NCBI RefSeq assembly: GCF_006345805.1
Contig: NC_043007.1
Coordinates: 53,444,001-53,508,000 of the forward strand
DNA: 64,000 bases
Origin: Octopus sinensis
Lineage: Eukaryota
Direction: 5' to 3'
Both the position numbers and the translations under genes were made by a program. Below, in pieces: positions 12,165 through 26,008 of this stretch (position 1 is its first letter; every line of letters starts with the position of its first letter). The notes under the pieces are model-generated. The model ran no database searches. It was not told the DNA's origin and saw only the letters and a list, made by a program, of their open reading frames with translations.

Positions 12165-12628
12165 GTAGAGTCATCATGGCTGGCATTTCTTAATGACGGA
12201 CAGCAACGTAGTCGCAGTTTAACGGCTGGCGTAAAATTTTGAACTTGATGTAAAACAAAATTCCTAAACACCAGGTTTTTAAGTGATTCTTTCTCACGAC
12301 AGTAGACTCACCAATGCAAGCATTCAAAACTTCTTCATCATGGACAGCAACACATTGACGATTTAAAGGCTGGCGCAAAATTTTTAGCTTCATATAACAG
12401 AGAATTCCTAAAGACCCGCTCCTGTAAATTTAATCCTCTTCCAGCCCCATTTAGACCTCTTTTCACATTTTGGTTAATATAACCCGATTTCATTCGGGTC
12501 TACTCGGGCCACATTTTATAAGATGAGGAATTTTGTCCTAGAGGTCACGCCTTTCCTTTGAGGGAAGAAATAGTTGCCATGCAAACTCGCCAGCGCTTTT
12601 AACATAGGTGTGCATATTTTCTGCACAC

Positions 12629-12689
<61 letters not shown>

Positions 12690-13458
12690 ACGCATTATAT
12701 ATACAAATGTATACAAATTATATATATATATAAATTACATTAGAGATAAAACCACTATTAGGCAAATCAAACAGTGAAAATCATAAACCAAAACATAAAA
12801 ATATAATATACAAAATATATAAAATTTAAATTATTTAAAATTAAAATTATTAATTTATATTTATAATTTTTTTAAATATATATAACTATCAAAAAGTATT
12901 CAAAAGTTTAATACAGATATATACACTTTGTATATATACATTATATATACATATTTATATATAGAACACACACACACACATATATAAATTAACCTAATAA
13001 ATATCTGATTCATAATATTTGTTCTCATGATTGTGTGTTAGTGGCGATGATAATTCTCTCTATGAATGCAGACAGACGTAGAGAGAGAGAGTGTGTGTGT
13101 GTGAAAGCGGTGTCGATGGCGGGAAGGGGGGGAGATATAGGACGCTGAAGGGGAAGTAGACGCTATGAAACGACGTTATAGATAGAAAGTGATGGGAAGG
13201 GAGGAAAGAGAGTGAGTGATGGAGAAAGACAGACACATAAAAGAATGAGAGTAGACTTGTCAAAGTACGTTTTTGGCCCTAGCAACGACACCTTTTAAGA
13301 TAGGAATTTCTAACCTAGCCCACTCGCATCCTCACTTCATTTTACATGTCCCTGTAAATTTTGGTGTCAATCCGACGGGATCTAGTGGCTTTTAACCCGT
13401 TCTCAATGTCAAAACCAGACAAACAAACTTTTCGCATTTCAGAATTATAATATAGAGA
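12165..13458 (-). mobile_element. Non-autonomous Helitron family 1, copy A (5' end intact, 3' end lost)
   Basis: 5' terminus TCTCTATATTATAATTCTGAAATGCG at 13458 (minus). Body homologous to 13860-14862 and, inverted, to 25221-28401. Confidence 0.8.
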
Positions 13459-14861
13459 CTAGCTTAAGATGACCCGCTCTACGCGCGGGTAAGAGTGTGG
13501 TTCTTACTTTCTGCTGTTTCCTTTCTGTTTTTTATCACCACATTCTCCGTCTTTGTTTCTCTCTCCTTTCTCTCTCACTTTCTCACTCTCTTACTCTTCC
13601 TTTCTCTCGGACTCTCCCTCGCTTTCTCTTACTCTCTGTCTTTCTCTATCTATCTCTCTCACATTTATAAACAACAAAAGATCTTGAGTAAGTTGAGAAA
13701 GTAAAATATTTTGAAAGATCATATCATAAATATCAGGCAGTGACAACGGAAAGGTCTGCTTCAAGGCAGACAGCAAAACACTAACATTTAAAAGTGACAG
13801 ACGAACTTGCGAGCTGAATAAAAAAAAAATATTGGAAACCAAAGTTTGAAGGGATAGAATCTGAGGGTAGTAGAGTCATCATAGCTGGCATTTCTTAATG
13901 ACGGACAGCAACATAGTGGCAGTTTAACGGCTGGCGTAAAATTTTGAACTTGATGTAAAAGAAAATTCCTAAACACCAAGTTTTTAAGTGATTCTTTCTC
14001 ATGACAGTAGACTCACCAATGCAAGCATTCAAAACTTCTTCATTATGGACAACAACACATTGAAGATTTAAAGGCTGGCGCAAATTTTTTAGCTTGATTT
14101 AACAGAGAATTCCTAAACACCCGCTCCTGTAAATTTTAATCGCCCATTTACACCCCTTTTCACATTTTGGTTATTATAATTTCATTCGGGTCTACTCGGG
14201 CCATGTTTTATAAGATGAGGAATTTTGTCCTAGAGGTCACGCCTTTCATTTGAGGAAAAAAATAGTTGCCATGCAAACTCGCCAGCACTTTTAACATAGG
14301 TGTGCATATTTTTTGCTCAACCAACCACATAATGCACACATTATATATATTAAAATTATTAATTTATAGTTATAATTTTTTTTAAATATATATTATAACT
14401 ATCAAAAAGTATTAAAAAGTTTAATATCCATAAATACAGATATATACACTTTGTATATATACATTATATATACATATTTATATATAGAACACACACACAT
14501 ATATAAATTAACCCAATAAATATCTGATTCATAATATTTGTTCTCATGATGGTGATGGCGATGATAATTCTCTCTATGAATGCAGACAGACATAGAGAGA
14601 GAGAGTGTGTGAAAGCGCTGTCGAAGGCGGGGAGGGGGGAGATATAGGACGCTGTGAAACAACATTATAGATAGAAAGTGAAAGGAAGGGAGGAAAGGGG
14701 GTGAGTGATGGAGGAAGACAGACACATAAAAGAATGAGAGTAGACTTGTGAAAGTGCATTTTTGGCCCTAGCAACGACACCTTTTAAGATGGCCTTTAAG
14801 CCGTTCTCAATGCCAAAACCAGACAAACAAATTTTTCGCATTTCAGAATTATAATATAGAG

Positions 14862-14862
<1 letters not shown>
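13459..14862 (-). mobile_element. Non-autonomous Helitron family 1, copy B (complete)
   Basis: A|TC 5' end at 14862; 3' hairpin ACCCGCGCGTAGAGCGGGT followed by CATCTTAAG-CTAG|T at 13459. Confidence 0.88.
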
Positions 14863-14921
<59 letters not shown>

Positions 14922-14939
14922 TACACACACATATATATA

Positions 14940-17437
14940 CAGGTATACCTCACCCTGCATTCTTTAATTGGTTCCAGGAGACATGACTTAAGTCAAATTA
15001 AATTGTCTCTAGGCTAAACTGATAACTACCATTCCCAGTTCTGTACTTTATTTATGAATGCATGTTTAATAATACATTGTTAATAAAATCCTATTTTAAG
15101 CTTACTAAGAAATATTTTTTTTTCAATGCAGTACAGTAAAAAAGAATAATCTAAATTTGTGAATACAATTTCGCGGTGTTTAACCTTACATCGCAGACAC
15201 TTTATTTATGAATGCAGTTTGCAATAAGATATGGTAAAATAAAAGCTTTTTTTTTTAAGCTTAAAAAACAAATTCAGTAATTATTATTCTTTTGCAATAG
15301 TAAAAAAAAAACTAAATTATTTTAAATTTACCAATACATACATACAATATGTATTGCGGATGTAGATGGTTGTGGATCATCAACATCAACAGCTGACTGG
15401 CTTTTTTTTGTTCGATGCACTTAAAAAGCTGGTTGAAGTTTCTTTGAACTGTCTTCTTTTAATAAAGGATTACATTATGAGGAGCAAAATCTTCATGACA
15501 AGCCCCCATAAGGAAAAGTGTTGAGCATTTGGATCCATATCCTTGAACATAGAAAGACCTTTTTTTGATATATACAAATGCTTGATAAATTTTCTTAACG
15601 GTAAAGTGATGTGGCTCAGGTTCAACTTCCTCTTCTTCTTTATTTTGCTACTCATGAAGCTCTATCAATTACTCGTTTGTCAGGGGCTGTTTGTTTTTTT
15701 TTTCAAATAAATCTGTGAAATCCTCCTCCTCGTAGTCACCAACATTTTGTTGATGGCAACATTATCAAACCTCTTAAAATCATTCACAAATTGCAGGCAT
15801 AGCTTCTTCCATACACCATTCATAGCCGTACATCATTCCATGCCACTGTTATGTTCTGTACAGCTTTGTAGATATCGTATCTGTTCTAAAAGTCACAAAG
15901 TGTGATGGACTCATCAAGATCAGTTGCAGCTATTGCTTGCCACAACATACGCTTCATATATTAATGCTTGAAGATAGTAATTATTCCCTGATCCATTGGC
16001 TGCAGAAGAGACATGGTGTTCAGAGGGAGGTATACGACAGTAACATTTGGATCAAAATCTACAATGTTTTGCGGGCGGCTAGGAGCATTACCTAAGATAA
16101 GTAAAACCTTAAAAGGAACCCCCTTCTCTTTACAGTACTTATCTGCTGCTGGGATAAAATGATTGAAGAATCAATCTTCAAAAGCAACAACAGTAACCCA
16201 TGCTTTTGAATTAGCCATCCATATAACAGGAAGAGATGCCCTGGGCATGTTCTTCAGGGCACAGGGGTTGTGTGCATGATACGCAAGCAATGGTTTTAAC
16301 TTAAAATTTCCTGCACAATACCTCCCAACATAATGGTCACACGTTCTTTTGAGACCTTGTAGCCTGGAATAGTTTTCTCCTCTTTGGAAATGAATGAACA
16401 GTCTGGTAATTTTTTCCAATACAATCCAGTTTCGTCTACGTTAAAAATCTGTTCAGGAAGAAACCCATTTTCTCTGATGATTTTCTTTAATGTATTAGGA
16501 AATTCTGCTGCTGCTTGTTCGTCAGCTGAAGCACTTTCACCTTGCTTCTTAATGGAGTGATAACTTCTTCATTCCTTAAATCTCATGAACCATCTTTGAC
16601 TTGCCTTGAATTCTATATCTTTCTCATCTGGATTTTTTTCTTCAGGTCCTCAAACAAAGACAGCGCTTTCTCTTGAATGATTTCTTGACTAATAGTAGCA
16701 TACTGACAATTCAACCTAACAATCCAAAGAGAAAAGAAGACTTTCCATTTCTTCAAAGATTTTGCCTCTTTTCTTATTGATGACAGTGTTCTTCATCCTT
16801 GGAGTTTCATATTTGTCATTATGCACAATCGTTGATACAGTTGTCTAACTCATCCCAAAAGATCGTGCAATTGCTACCACTTTTTCACCTTTTTCATAGC
16901 ATTTTATCATGGCCAGTTTATCTTCCAGTGCTATAGCATGACTCTTAGCACTTTCACTATGAATTTTCTTAGGAGCCATGGGGGCAAAAAATAAAATCAC
17001 AAATAAATGAGAATAGACATAAACAAATCTGAATTCAAAACAATCGCGGGAATCATGAGTGACAACGATGCCTAACAATAGATATTGGAATTACAGTGCA
17101 ATATGAGCTCCAAAAGACCGATAAATAAGATGATACTGCTGATTTCATGATTTCGTTCACTAAGCTACACTACTTTATGGTGTGTATCTTAACATTTACT
17201 GTACATATTTTAATATGATTTTATATGCTTTTATTCTTATTTATTGTACAGTAACATGATTTTATGTGCTTTTAACAGTTTTCTAGTGATTTTACGATTC
17301 CAATATTTATGGTGGACAGATGTAAAATCGAGTAAAATGACTTGACTTAATTTTTATTTTCCTATATATTATTTTTGAAAACCAACATATAATCAAGAAC
17401 AACTTAAATCGAAATGACTTAAGCAAATGTATGCCTA
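14940..17437 (-). mobile_element. Tigger/pogo-family DNA transposon, near full length, decayed
   Basis: TIR-like CAGGTATACCTC... at 14940 and degenerate TAGGCATAC... at 17437, TA flanks. Transposase start MAPKK...KLAMIKCYEKGEKVVAIARSFGMS (ATG 16979); DDE-region KLKPLL...WMANSKAWVT. Many stops. Confidence 0.88.
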
Positions 17438-17447
17438 AATATGTATA

Positions 17448-17612
17448 TATGATGGGCTTCTTTCAGTTTCTATCTACCAAATCCACTCACAAGGCTTTGG
17501 TCGGTCCAAGGCTAGAGTAGATGACACTTACCCAAGATGCCACGCAGTGGGACTGAACCTGGAACCATGTGATTGGGAAGCAAGTTCCTTACCACACAGC
17601 TACTCCTGTGCC
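17448..17612 (-). mobile_element. tRNA-derived SINE (second family), 5' part
   Basis: Minus strand: A-box TAGCTGTGTGGTAAG, B-box GGTTCAGTCCC. Homologous to 43075-43243 and 50630-50790. Confidence 0.8.
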
Positions 17613-17628
17613 ATATAATATATATATA

Positions 17629-19982
17629 TAGGGATACCTCGACTTAAGTCATTTCAACTTAAGTCATTCTCAAAGATACGTCGGTTTTCAAAAATAATGT
17701 ATGGAAAAATAAAAATCAAGTTAAGTCATTTTACTCAACTTTATGTCTATCCACCAATAATACTGGAATCGTAAAAACACTAAAAAGCATTAAAAGCACA
17801 TAAAATCATGCTACAATAAATAAGAATGAAAGTATATAAAATCATATTAAAATACAGTAAATGCTAAAATACACACCATAAAGTAGTGTAGCCTAGTTCA
17901 CTAAGCATGAAATCAGTTGTGTTGTTTTATTTATCTGTCTTTCAGAGCTCATACTGCATTGAAGAAGCAGTTGGACAGCTGTCGGATGAGGATGCTTAGA
18001 ATGGTGCTCAATGTCTCCTGGAAGAGTCATACAACAAATGCCAACTTATACCAGGGACTACCAAAAGTAACTTTGAAGATGCAGCATAGAAGGATGACGC
18101 TAGCTGGACACTGCATCTTACATACCGATGAAATTGCTAACAAGCTGGTGCTCTGACAACCAACAGAAAGAGGAACGAGGAGAGGTAGGAGGAAGACAAC
18201 CTATATCAACAACTTGCTGAAGGATATTCGTATGGAAGGGGTACAGGAGCTGAGGACCATTATGGAAGATCAAGATGAATGGGGATAACGTGTGGAAACA
18301 GTTTGGGGGCGACCTGAGGAACAACCTAGATAGATAGATAGTGCCAATATCTACTGTTTGTGTTACACATTCATATCTATGTGTATACGTGGGTATACAT
18401 GTGTAGAATACATCCCCACTTTTGGCACTATTTTGCTAGTAAACAGTACGAACTGTGTCTAAAGTATATATGTATTACCACGCTGAATGTTGACAGTTCA
18501 TGTAACAAGAAAAAGTAAATAAACACGTAAAACAATAACAATGCCTTCATTGAGTTGTCTATCAGCCCATCGAGAACGAACAATGCATAACAGTTAGGCA
18601 TTGTCTTGATTCCTATGATTGTTTTGAATTCAGATTTGTTTGCATCTGTTTATCATTTAGATTCTCTCATTTACATTCATTTGTAACTTTAATTTTTGTC
18701 CCCATTCCTCCTAAGAAAAATCCTGGAGAAAGTGCTAAGCATCATGCTATAACACTGGAGGATAAGTTGGCAATGATAAAACATCATGATAAGGATGAAA
18801 AAGTTGTAGCAATTGCACAATCTTTTGGGGTGAGTTAGACAACTGTATTGATGATTGTGCATAATAAGGACAAGATTTTAACACACGTCACATCTGAAGC
18901 CCCAGGGATGAAGAACATTGTCATCAACAAGAAATGAGGCAAAATCTTTGAAGAAACAGAAAGTCTTCTATCTATTTGGATTGATTGTCAGAATGCTACT
19001 CTTAATCAAGAAATCATTCAGGAGAAAGCATTGTCCTTGTTTGAGGACCTGAAGAAAAAATATCCAGATGAGGAAGATGTAGAGTTCAAGGCAAGTCAGG
19101 TATGGTTTATGAGATTTAAAAACTGGAGAAGTTATCACTTCCTTAAGAAGTAATGTGAAAGCACATCAGCAGCAGAATTTCCCATGACATTGAAGATCCC
19201 TGAAGAAAACGAATAGCAAAATAAAGAAGAGCAAGTCGAACCTGAATCACGCTACTTCACCATTAAGAAAATGCAGCAACCATTTGCACACATCGAAAAA
19301 GGTCTTGCTATGTTCATCTGCTCAATGCTTTCCCAAGATTATGGGGGCTTGTCATGAAGCTTTTGCTCCTCATAATGTAATCATTGACAAAAAGAAGACA
19401 GTTCAAGGCACTCTTGACCAGATTTTTAAATGCATCATATGACAATAAGAACTGCCAGAATCAGCAGATGGTGTTGACATCGACAATCTTCGGCCATTTA
19501 CATTTACAATGTAAACACCACCAAATTTTATGTATTGGTAAATTTAAAATACTTAAATACTTCATTTTTTTTTTTTACTTTATTACAAAATAATAATTAT
19601 TTGTTTGCAAGCTTAGAATAGGTTTTTTATTAACTGTGTGTTATTGAAAATGCATTCATAAATAAAGTACAGCACTGGAGAATGGCTATTAGTGAGGTAA
19701 ACACCACCAAACTGTATGTATTGGTAAATTTAATATACTTCAAGTTTTTTGAGGGTTTTTTTTTTTACTGTATAATAAAATAATAAATACATTTGTTTGT
19801 AAATTAAAATAGGTTTTTATTAATCATTTCTTATCGAAAATGCATTCATAAATAAAGTACAGAACTGGGAACTGCTATTAGCAGTTTAGGGTAGGCTTGG
19901 CCAGGCCTAGCCTATAGACAAGCAATTCGACTTAAGTCATATCTCCTGGGACCAATTAATGATTTAGGGTGAAGTATACACA
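17629..19982 (+). mobile_element. Second Tigger/pogo copy, internally deleted, carrying an RTE fragment
   Basis: Both ends match the ends of the 14940-17437 copy in inverted orientation. Degenerate transposase 5' region 18700-19200. Confidence 0.8.
17940..18340 (+). mobile_element. RTE-clade LINE 3' fragment (different family) inserted in Tigger
   Basis: Translates to RMLRMVLNVSW...RRMTLAGHC...RRGRRKTTY; (TAGA)n tail. Confidence 0.7.
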
Positions 19983-20016
19983 TATGTATATATATATTTA
20001 TATATACATATGTATA

Positions 20017-20049
<33 letters not shown>

Positions 20050-20051
<2 letters not shown>

Positions 20052-20680
20052 CCGAGACCTTTGGAAATATGCTGTACGTGAGAAGACCCGGCAGGACAAG
20101 TGAGTCCATAACCCGTGGTCTTAGCCAGCCCACTTATGCTTACCTTTCCTTCTTTGGACACAAAACTCTGCTTGCGAAGACCTTTTGAGGCAAGTGAAAT
20201 CGAAATTGAATTTGAAATTGAACCAAATTCTATGACTGGCACCCAGCCATTGCCAGTGCCGCTGGACTGACTCCTGTGCAGGTGGCAAGTAAAGAAACAC
20301 TGTTTCAACCCTGTGCTTGAGGAGACCTATTGAGTCAAGTACATCAACATCAAAAATCAATGGAAATTGTAGTTGTGACACGTGAAAAGCACCATCTGAA
20401 CGTGGCCGATGCCAGTGCCGCTTTGACTGGCTTCTGTGCTGGTGGCACGTAAAAAGCACCAACCGATTGTGGCCGTTGCCAGATTCACCTGGCACGTAAA
20501 AAGCACCCACTACACTCACGGAGTGGTTGGCGTTAGGAAGGGCATCCAGCCGTAGAAACATTGCCAGATCAGACTGGAGCCTGGTGCAGCCTTCTGGCTT
20601 CCCAGACCCTGGTCAAACTGTCCAACCCATGCTAGCATGGAAAACGGACGTTAAACGATGATGATTATGATGATGAGGAG
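20050..20680 (+). mobile_element. RTE LINE 3' end (same family as 1-3420)
   Basis: Matches 2945-3420, including the GGCACGTAAAAAGCACC repeats and (GAT)n tail. Confidence 0.88.
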
Positions 20681-20686
20681 GATGAT

Positions 20687-20719
<33 letters not shown>

Positions 20720-20744
20720 CATACATATATATATACATCATCAT

Positions 20745-22190
20745 CATCATCATCATCATTATTTAACATCCGTTGATCATGGGTTGGATGGTTTGACCAG
20801 GGCTGGCAGGCTGGAAGGTTGCACCAGACTCTTCCTAACACAAACCACTCCGAGAGTGTAATAGGTGATTTTTATGTGCCACCAGTACAGATGCATTTGT
20901 GTGACACTGGGGTGCATTGACATGCCACTGGCATGGATGCCAAATTGCATGACACCAGTATCTGCCATGATTTTCCTCAGCTTGATGAGTCTTCTCATCA
21001 AGCACGACATAATGCCAAAAGTCTTGGTCATTGCCTCCATGAGGCCCAACACTCAGAAGGAGCTCAGCCACTTTGATTCCGTCAGGTCCAATGCTCAAAA
21101 ACAAGTCATCCACTTTGCTTCCATGAGGCCCAACGTTCAAAAGATGTTCATTATGTACTACCAGCATGGGTGCACCTGGCTTGATGAGTCCTCTCAAGTA
21201 CAGCACATTGCCAAAGGTCTTGGGCGCCAGTCATTGCCTTTGTGAGGCTCAAAGTCCGAAGATCATGCTTCACCACCTCGTCTCATGTCTTGAGTCTACC
21301 TCAACCACAGGTTCCCTCCACAGTTAGAGATTGGCACTTCTTTACACAGCTGTCCTCGTTCATCCACATCACATGACCATACCAGTGCAGTCGTCTCTCT
21401 TGCACACCACATCATATTTCTCTTATGCCTAACTTTTCTCTCAAGATGCTTCCACTCTGCCGAACATGCACACTGACATTGCACATTCAGCGAAGCATAC
21501 TGGCTTCATTTCTCTTAAGCAGACGCATGTCCTCGGCTGTCATAGCCCATGTTTCACTGCCATGCAGCACAGCTGTTCGCACACATGCATCAAACAATCT
21601 GCCTTTCACTCTGAGAGAGAGGCCCTTTGTTGCCAGCAGGGTTAGGAGTTCTCTGAACTTTGCCCAGCCTAATCTTATTCTCACAGCTATGCTCTCAGAG
21701 CATCCACCGCCAACTTGGTCACCTAGATAACGGAAGCTATGTACTACTCCTAGCTTGTCCCCCTGGCAGTTAATGGAGTCTATGTCCTGCACATTTTCAG
21801 TGTTTATTGTACCAGTGCACCTTCCACTTACAAAAGTTAGTTTCCCTGTCAACCTTCCTTTGATGTTACTGCAACTTTTATGTGTCTAAAGTGTACACTG
21901 GGTTCATCTTATGGAGTTTCTACAGATTGAGCAAGGGCCATCTACCTGAAGGGATTTGTGATTTGTCTGCCTTCCTATTTACTATGACTTTGTTTTTTGT
22001 TATGTTAACTTTGAGTCCCTTTGATTCTAGACCTTGCTGTCATACCTGGAACTTCTTCTCGAGTTCAGGTAGTGATTCAGCTATAGGAGCAAGGTCATCA
22101 CCATCCAAAAGATACCCAAGATCAACACTAGAAGGGAGTTACTGGAAGCTAGCTGGTTGCTATAGCAACAACCTTCAGTGCATGTCCACT
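20745..22190 (-). mobile_element. RTE LINE 3' half, older related subfamily
   Basis: ORF 21487-21852 (SFRYLGDQV...RVKGRLFDACVRTAVLHGSETW), degenerate finger upstream, 3' UTR with ~100-bp repeats, (CAT)n at 20740. Confidence 0.85.
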
Positions 22191-22399
22191 CCACATATGC
22201 TCACACATACACACATCAGCAATATTCATCAATTTCTTGAAAATGGAGTCATAACCCCAAAATATTGAATACAAGGTAAGTCTACATTAATTCACATATT
22301 TGTTTTCTTCTGATTTACCTTGCATTTACTTTACACTATTTTGGCCTTACCACGATCTTTTATACAATGTTTTCTACACAATGCTTCATAGTAATTATT

Positions 22400-22404
<5 letters not shown>

Positions 22405-22447
<43 letters not shown>

Positions 22448-22473
22448 TATATATACATACATACATACATATA

Positions 22474-22507
<34 letters not shown>

Positions 22508-22675
22508 CATGCATACATACATACATATATACATGCATGCATGCATGCATGCATACATGCATGCATGCATGCTTACATACATGCATGCATGCTTACATAC
22601 ATACATGCATGCATGCATGCATGCATGCATGCATACATACATACATACATACATACATGCATACATACATACATG
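22405..22675. repeat. Compound microsatellite (TA)n/(CATA)n/(CATG)n
   Basis: Direct inspection. Confidence 0.97.
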
Positions 22676-22759
22676 ATGGTGGCCCCCTCGTTATCGAGTA
22701 TGGCCATTGCACGAAGCCTAACTGTTATTGGTGCTGTGATCGAATGTGACTTTTTAGCC

Positions 22760-23700
22760 CAGCTAAAGATCTACAATATCTTGTACAGAATTGGCAGCTA
22801 AAACCTTTACCAGTAAATAGCCGTAGTTGTAACTGGGCTTCATGTACCTTTGCATATCATTTAAGTCCTCCTGCCGAATTACACTCTCTTCCGCATGCCT
22901 GACAGATATGATTAGTATGGTGTGTTACACCACCACCAGTGGCGAGGTTGTCACTCATCTGTCTCGCTTTATGACTATGAAGATGACTCTTGAGTCCAGC
23001 TTTAATGAGGCAGGGTCTTGCACAGACACTGCATGTCAGCATCATAGGAACACCTTTCCCATCTGGAAGTGTAACAGCGATGCCCTTCCTGACATCCCTC
23101 CTAACTTTCTAATGCGCAACTCGAGATTTCTCAAAAGTGGCTGTCCCCTCGTGCACAATCCTTCTCCACTTGCTACGATCAATAGCTATGCCTTCCTATG
23201 TGTCAGGAGAGATGCAAGCATCTCTTAAGGAAGCCTTCAGCAAGTCCTTATACCTCTTTTTTGGTTTATGTGGAGGTCATTCTCCTTTAGCTAACTCTCC
23301 ACAAAAGAGTTGTTTTGGCATCCTTGAATCCTTCATCCTGACTAGATGACCACTCCATCTGAGCTTTTGCTTTAACACAAGAGCTTCTATACTTTCACAC
23401 CGAGAGCCTTCCAATATTTCAAGATCACTGATGCGGTCCTTCCACTTAATGCCATAGATCCGTCTGAGATACATCTGATGGAAATGTTCCAGTTGTTTAA
23501 GGTGGTATCAATATGTGACCTACATCTTGCAGGCATAGAGAAGAGAAGGGAGCACACATGCCTTGTACACCTTTATCTTTGTCTTTCTGCATATGTCTCG
23601 CCGACTCCAGAGGCGCTTTTCTAGCCTTCCGAAAGCAACACTTGCTTTCTTAATTCTATATGGAATTTCACCGTCCAAATTGCTATATCTATTAATAGTA
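22760..23700 (-). mobile_element. RTE-BovB-like LINE, 5'-truncated, decayed
   Basis: ASVAFGRL..LW, KVYKACVLPSLLYAC, LRRIYGIKW, LRWSGHLVRM...PKQLF, plus two C-terminal CxxC-type fingers (CSVC, CQAC). Confidence 0.85.
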
Positions 23701-23704
23701 CATA

Positions 23705-23904
23705 CATTAAAGACTCCGCCGGTTACGACGACGAGGGTCCCAGCTGATACGATCAACGGAACAGCTTGCTCGTGAAATTAACGTGCAAATGGCTGAGCAT
23801 TCCACAGACACGTGTACCCTTAACGTAGTTCTCGGGGATAATCAGCGTGACACAGAGAGTGACAAGGCTGACCCTTTGAAATACAAGTACAACTCATTTT
23901 TGCC
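23705..23904. mobile_element. Probable SINE fragment
   Basis: CpG-richer 200-bp block between a LINE and a mariner that resembles the body of an octopus SINE from memory. No tRNA head present, so unverified. Confidence 0.35.
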
Positions 23905-23929
23905 ATACATACATACATACATACATATA

Positions 23930-25176
23930 TTTGGTTGTCTCACATGAAATGTCGCATTTGAAAAAGGAAACATTAAAATTGTTTTTTAAATTTTAGAATA
24001 TTTATTTATTTAATTAAAATATGATCCTCGTCCATTTATGACCTTCATCCAATGTTTCTCTAAGGCATATAATCTATCTTCAAAGAATTTGTCGTCTTTT
24101 ACACTGATAAACTGTTTGGATGCTTTAATTACCTTTTCTTTATTTAAGAATGTATTATTGCGTATAGCAAGCTCAAAGTGTTTAAATAAGTGATAATCAG
24201 TAGGAGAGATATAAAGAGAATAAGGAGGATGTGCCAAAATTTCATAATTCAGACTTTCCAACTTGTGGACCATAGCTTGAAAAGAGTGAAGCCATGCATT
24301 ATCTTGAAGCAAAATTGGGCCATCTCTATTCACTAATGTGGGTTGCTTCTTTTCTAATTTTCATGCATACAATCAATTTCCTGACAATAGGATGTTGCTG
24401 TTATAGTTTTCCCTTGTTGCAAAAATGCATAATGAATAACCTCGTTTTTGACCACTATACAGTGATCATCAACTTTTTAGGGTGCAATAGTGGTTTTGGG
24501 TAGTGTTTTGGTAACTCTCCTGCATCTAACCACTGTCCTGTCCTCCTGCTGTTATCAAAGAGTATCCATTTATCATCACATGTAATGAGTCAATACAAAA
24601 ATGGTTCTCTTTCCAACCAAGAAATCAACATGGAACATGCTGTTAGGTGTCTGTTCCTTTGAATCTCATAAAGTTGATGGGGAACAAACCTATCCATCTT
24701 TTAGACTTTTCAAATTTTCTTCAAGTGTCAAGAAGCAGTTGCAGGAGATGTCTGGAGCTCTGATCTGAGTTTTTGGACTGTTGTTCTTGGATTTTTTTTA
24801 ACCAAAGCTTTCAATTTCTCATACCGAATCCCTCTTGATTCATTTTTAAGGCTATCACTTCCTGAATGAAATCTTTGAAACCATCTCCGAACAATTCTAA
24901 TGTCAACAGAATCATCACTAAAAGCCCGCTTGATGTTTCGTAGAGCTTCAGTGGCAGAGTGACCCAACTTGTTTTCATACAAGAAAATCACTCAGTATTG
25001 TTCAGTTGTCAACATTTTCATAAGAGCTGTGTGTAGCAATTTTGAATAATAGTATTGTCTAGAAAGAAAAGAGTTAAGAGTAAACACAGGCATATACATA
25101 GAGACTCATTACAAATCCATTTATAGATGACTCATAAGAAATCCATTTAAAATCCATTTCATGTGAAAGAACCTAA
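23930..25176 (-). mobile_element. mariner-family transposon, full length, decayed
   Basis: TA flanks; TIRs TTTGGTTGTCTCACATGAAATG / TTAGGTTCTTTCACATGAAATG; N-terminal HTH (ATEALRNI...VRRWFQRF), LLQDNA and HPPYS..ISPTDYHLF motifs. Confidence 0.92.
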
Positions 25177-25189
25177 TATATATACACAA

Positions 25190-25221
<32 letters not shown>

Positions 25222-26008
25222 CTCTATATATAAAACTGAAATGCCTTTTTACCGCTTGGTTCGCTTTCAATGCCACTACATCCCGTCCGATTCGATCCAA
25301 AATTTACAGGGACATGTAGAATGAGGTGACGATGCGCGTGGGCTACCTTAGAAATCCCTATCTTAAAAGCTCTGGTTTCTAGGGGGCCATCTTCCTACCT
25401 CACCCTATTTCCTCTAGTACTCTGTCACTCCTCTTCATTTATAACTTTCAGAATGCCACTACGGTTATTTAAAGTATCTGTCACTATCGCTATTTCCTTT
25501 CTTTTTCACTGACTCTGTTTCCTACCTTCCTATCACTTCGGCGGCGTTCTTTGAAGTATATGTCTGTCACCAACAATCAACACACGAGCATGAGAACAAA
25601 TATTATGAATCAGATATTCTTGCGTTCATTTATATGTGTGTGTGTGTTGTGTGTGTGTGTGTTCTATATATATATGTATATATAATGTATGTGTGTGTGT
25701 GTTCTATATATAAATATGTATATATAATGTATGTGTGTGTGTGTGTTCTATATATAAATATGTATATATAATGTATGTGTGTGTGTGTGTTCTATATATA
25801 AATATGTATATATAATGTATGTGTGTGTGTGTGTGTGTGTTCTATATATAAATATGTATATATACAAAGTGTATATATCTGTATTTATGTATATTAAACT
25901 TTTTCATACTTTTTCATAGTTATATATATTTTAAAACAAATTATAAATATAATTTCATAATTTTTATTTTCAATTTAAATAATTTAAAGTTTTCAATTTT
26001 ATATTTTA

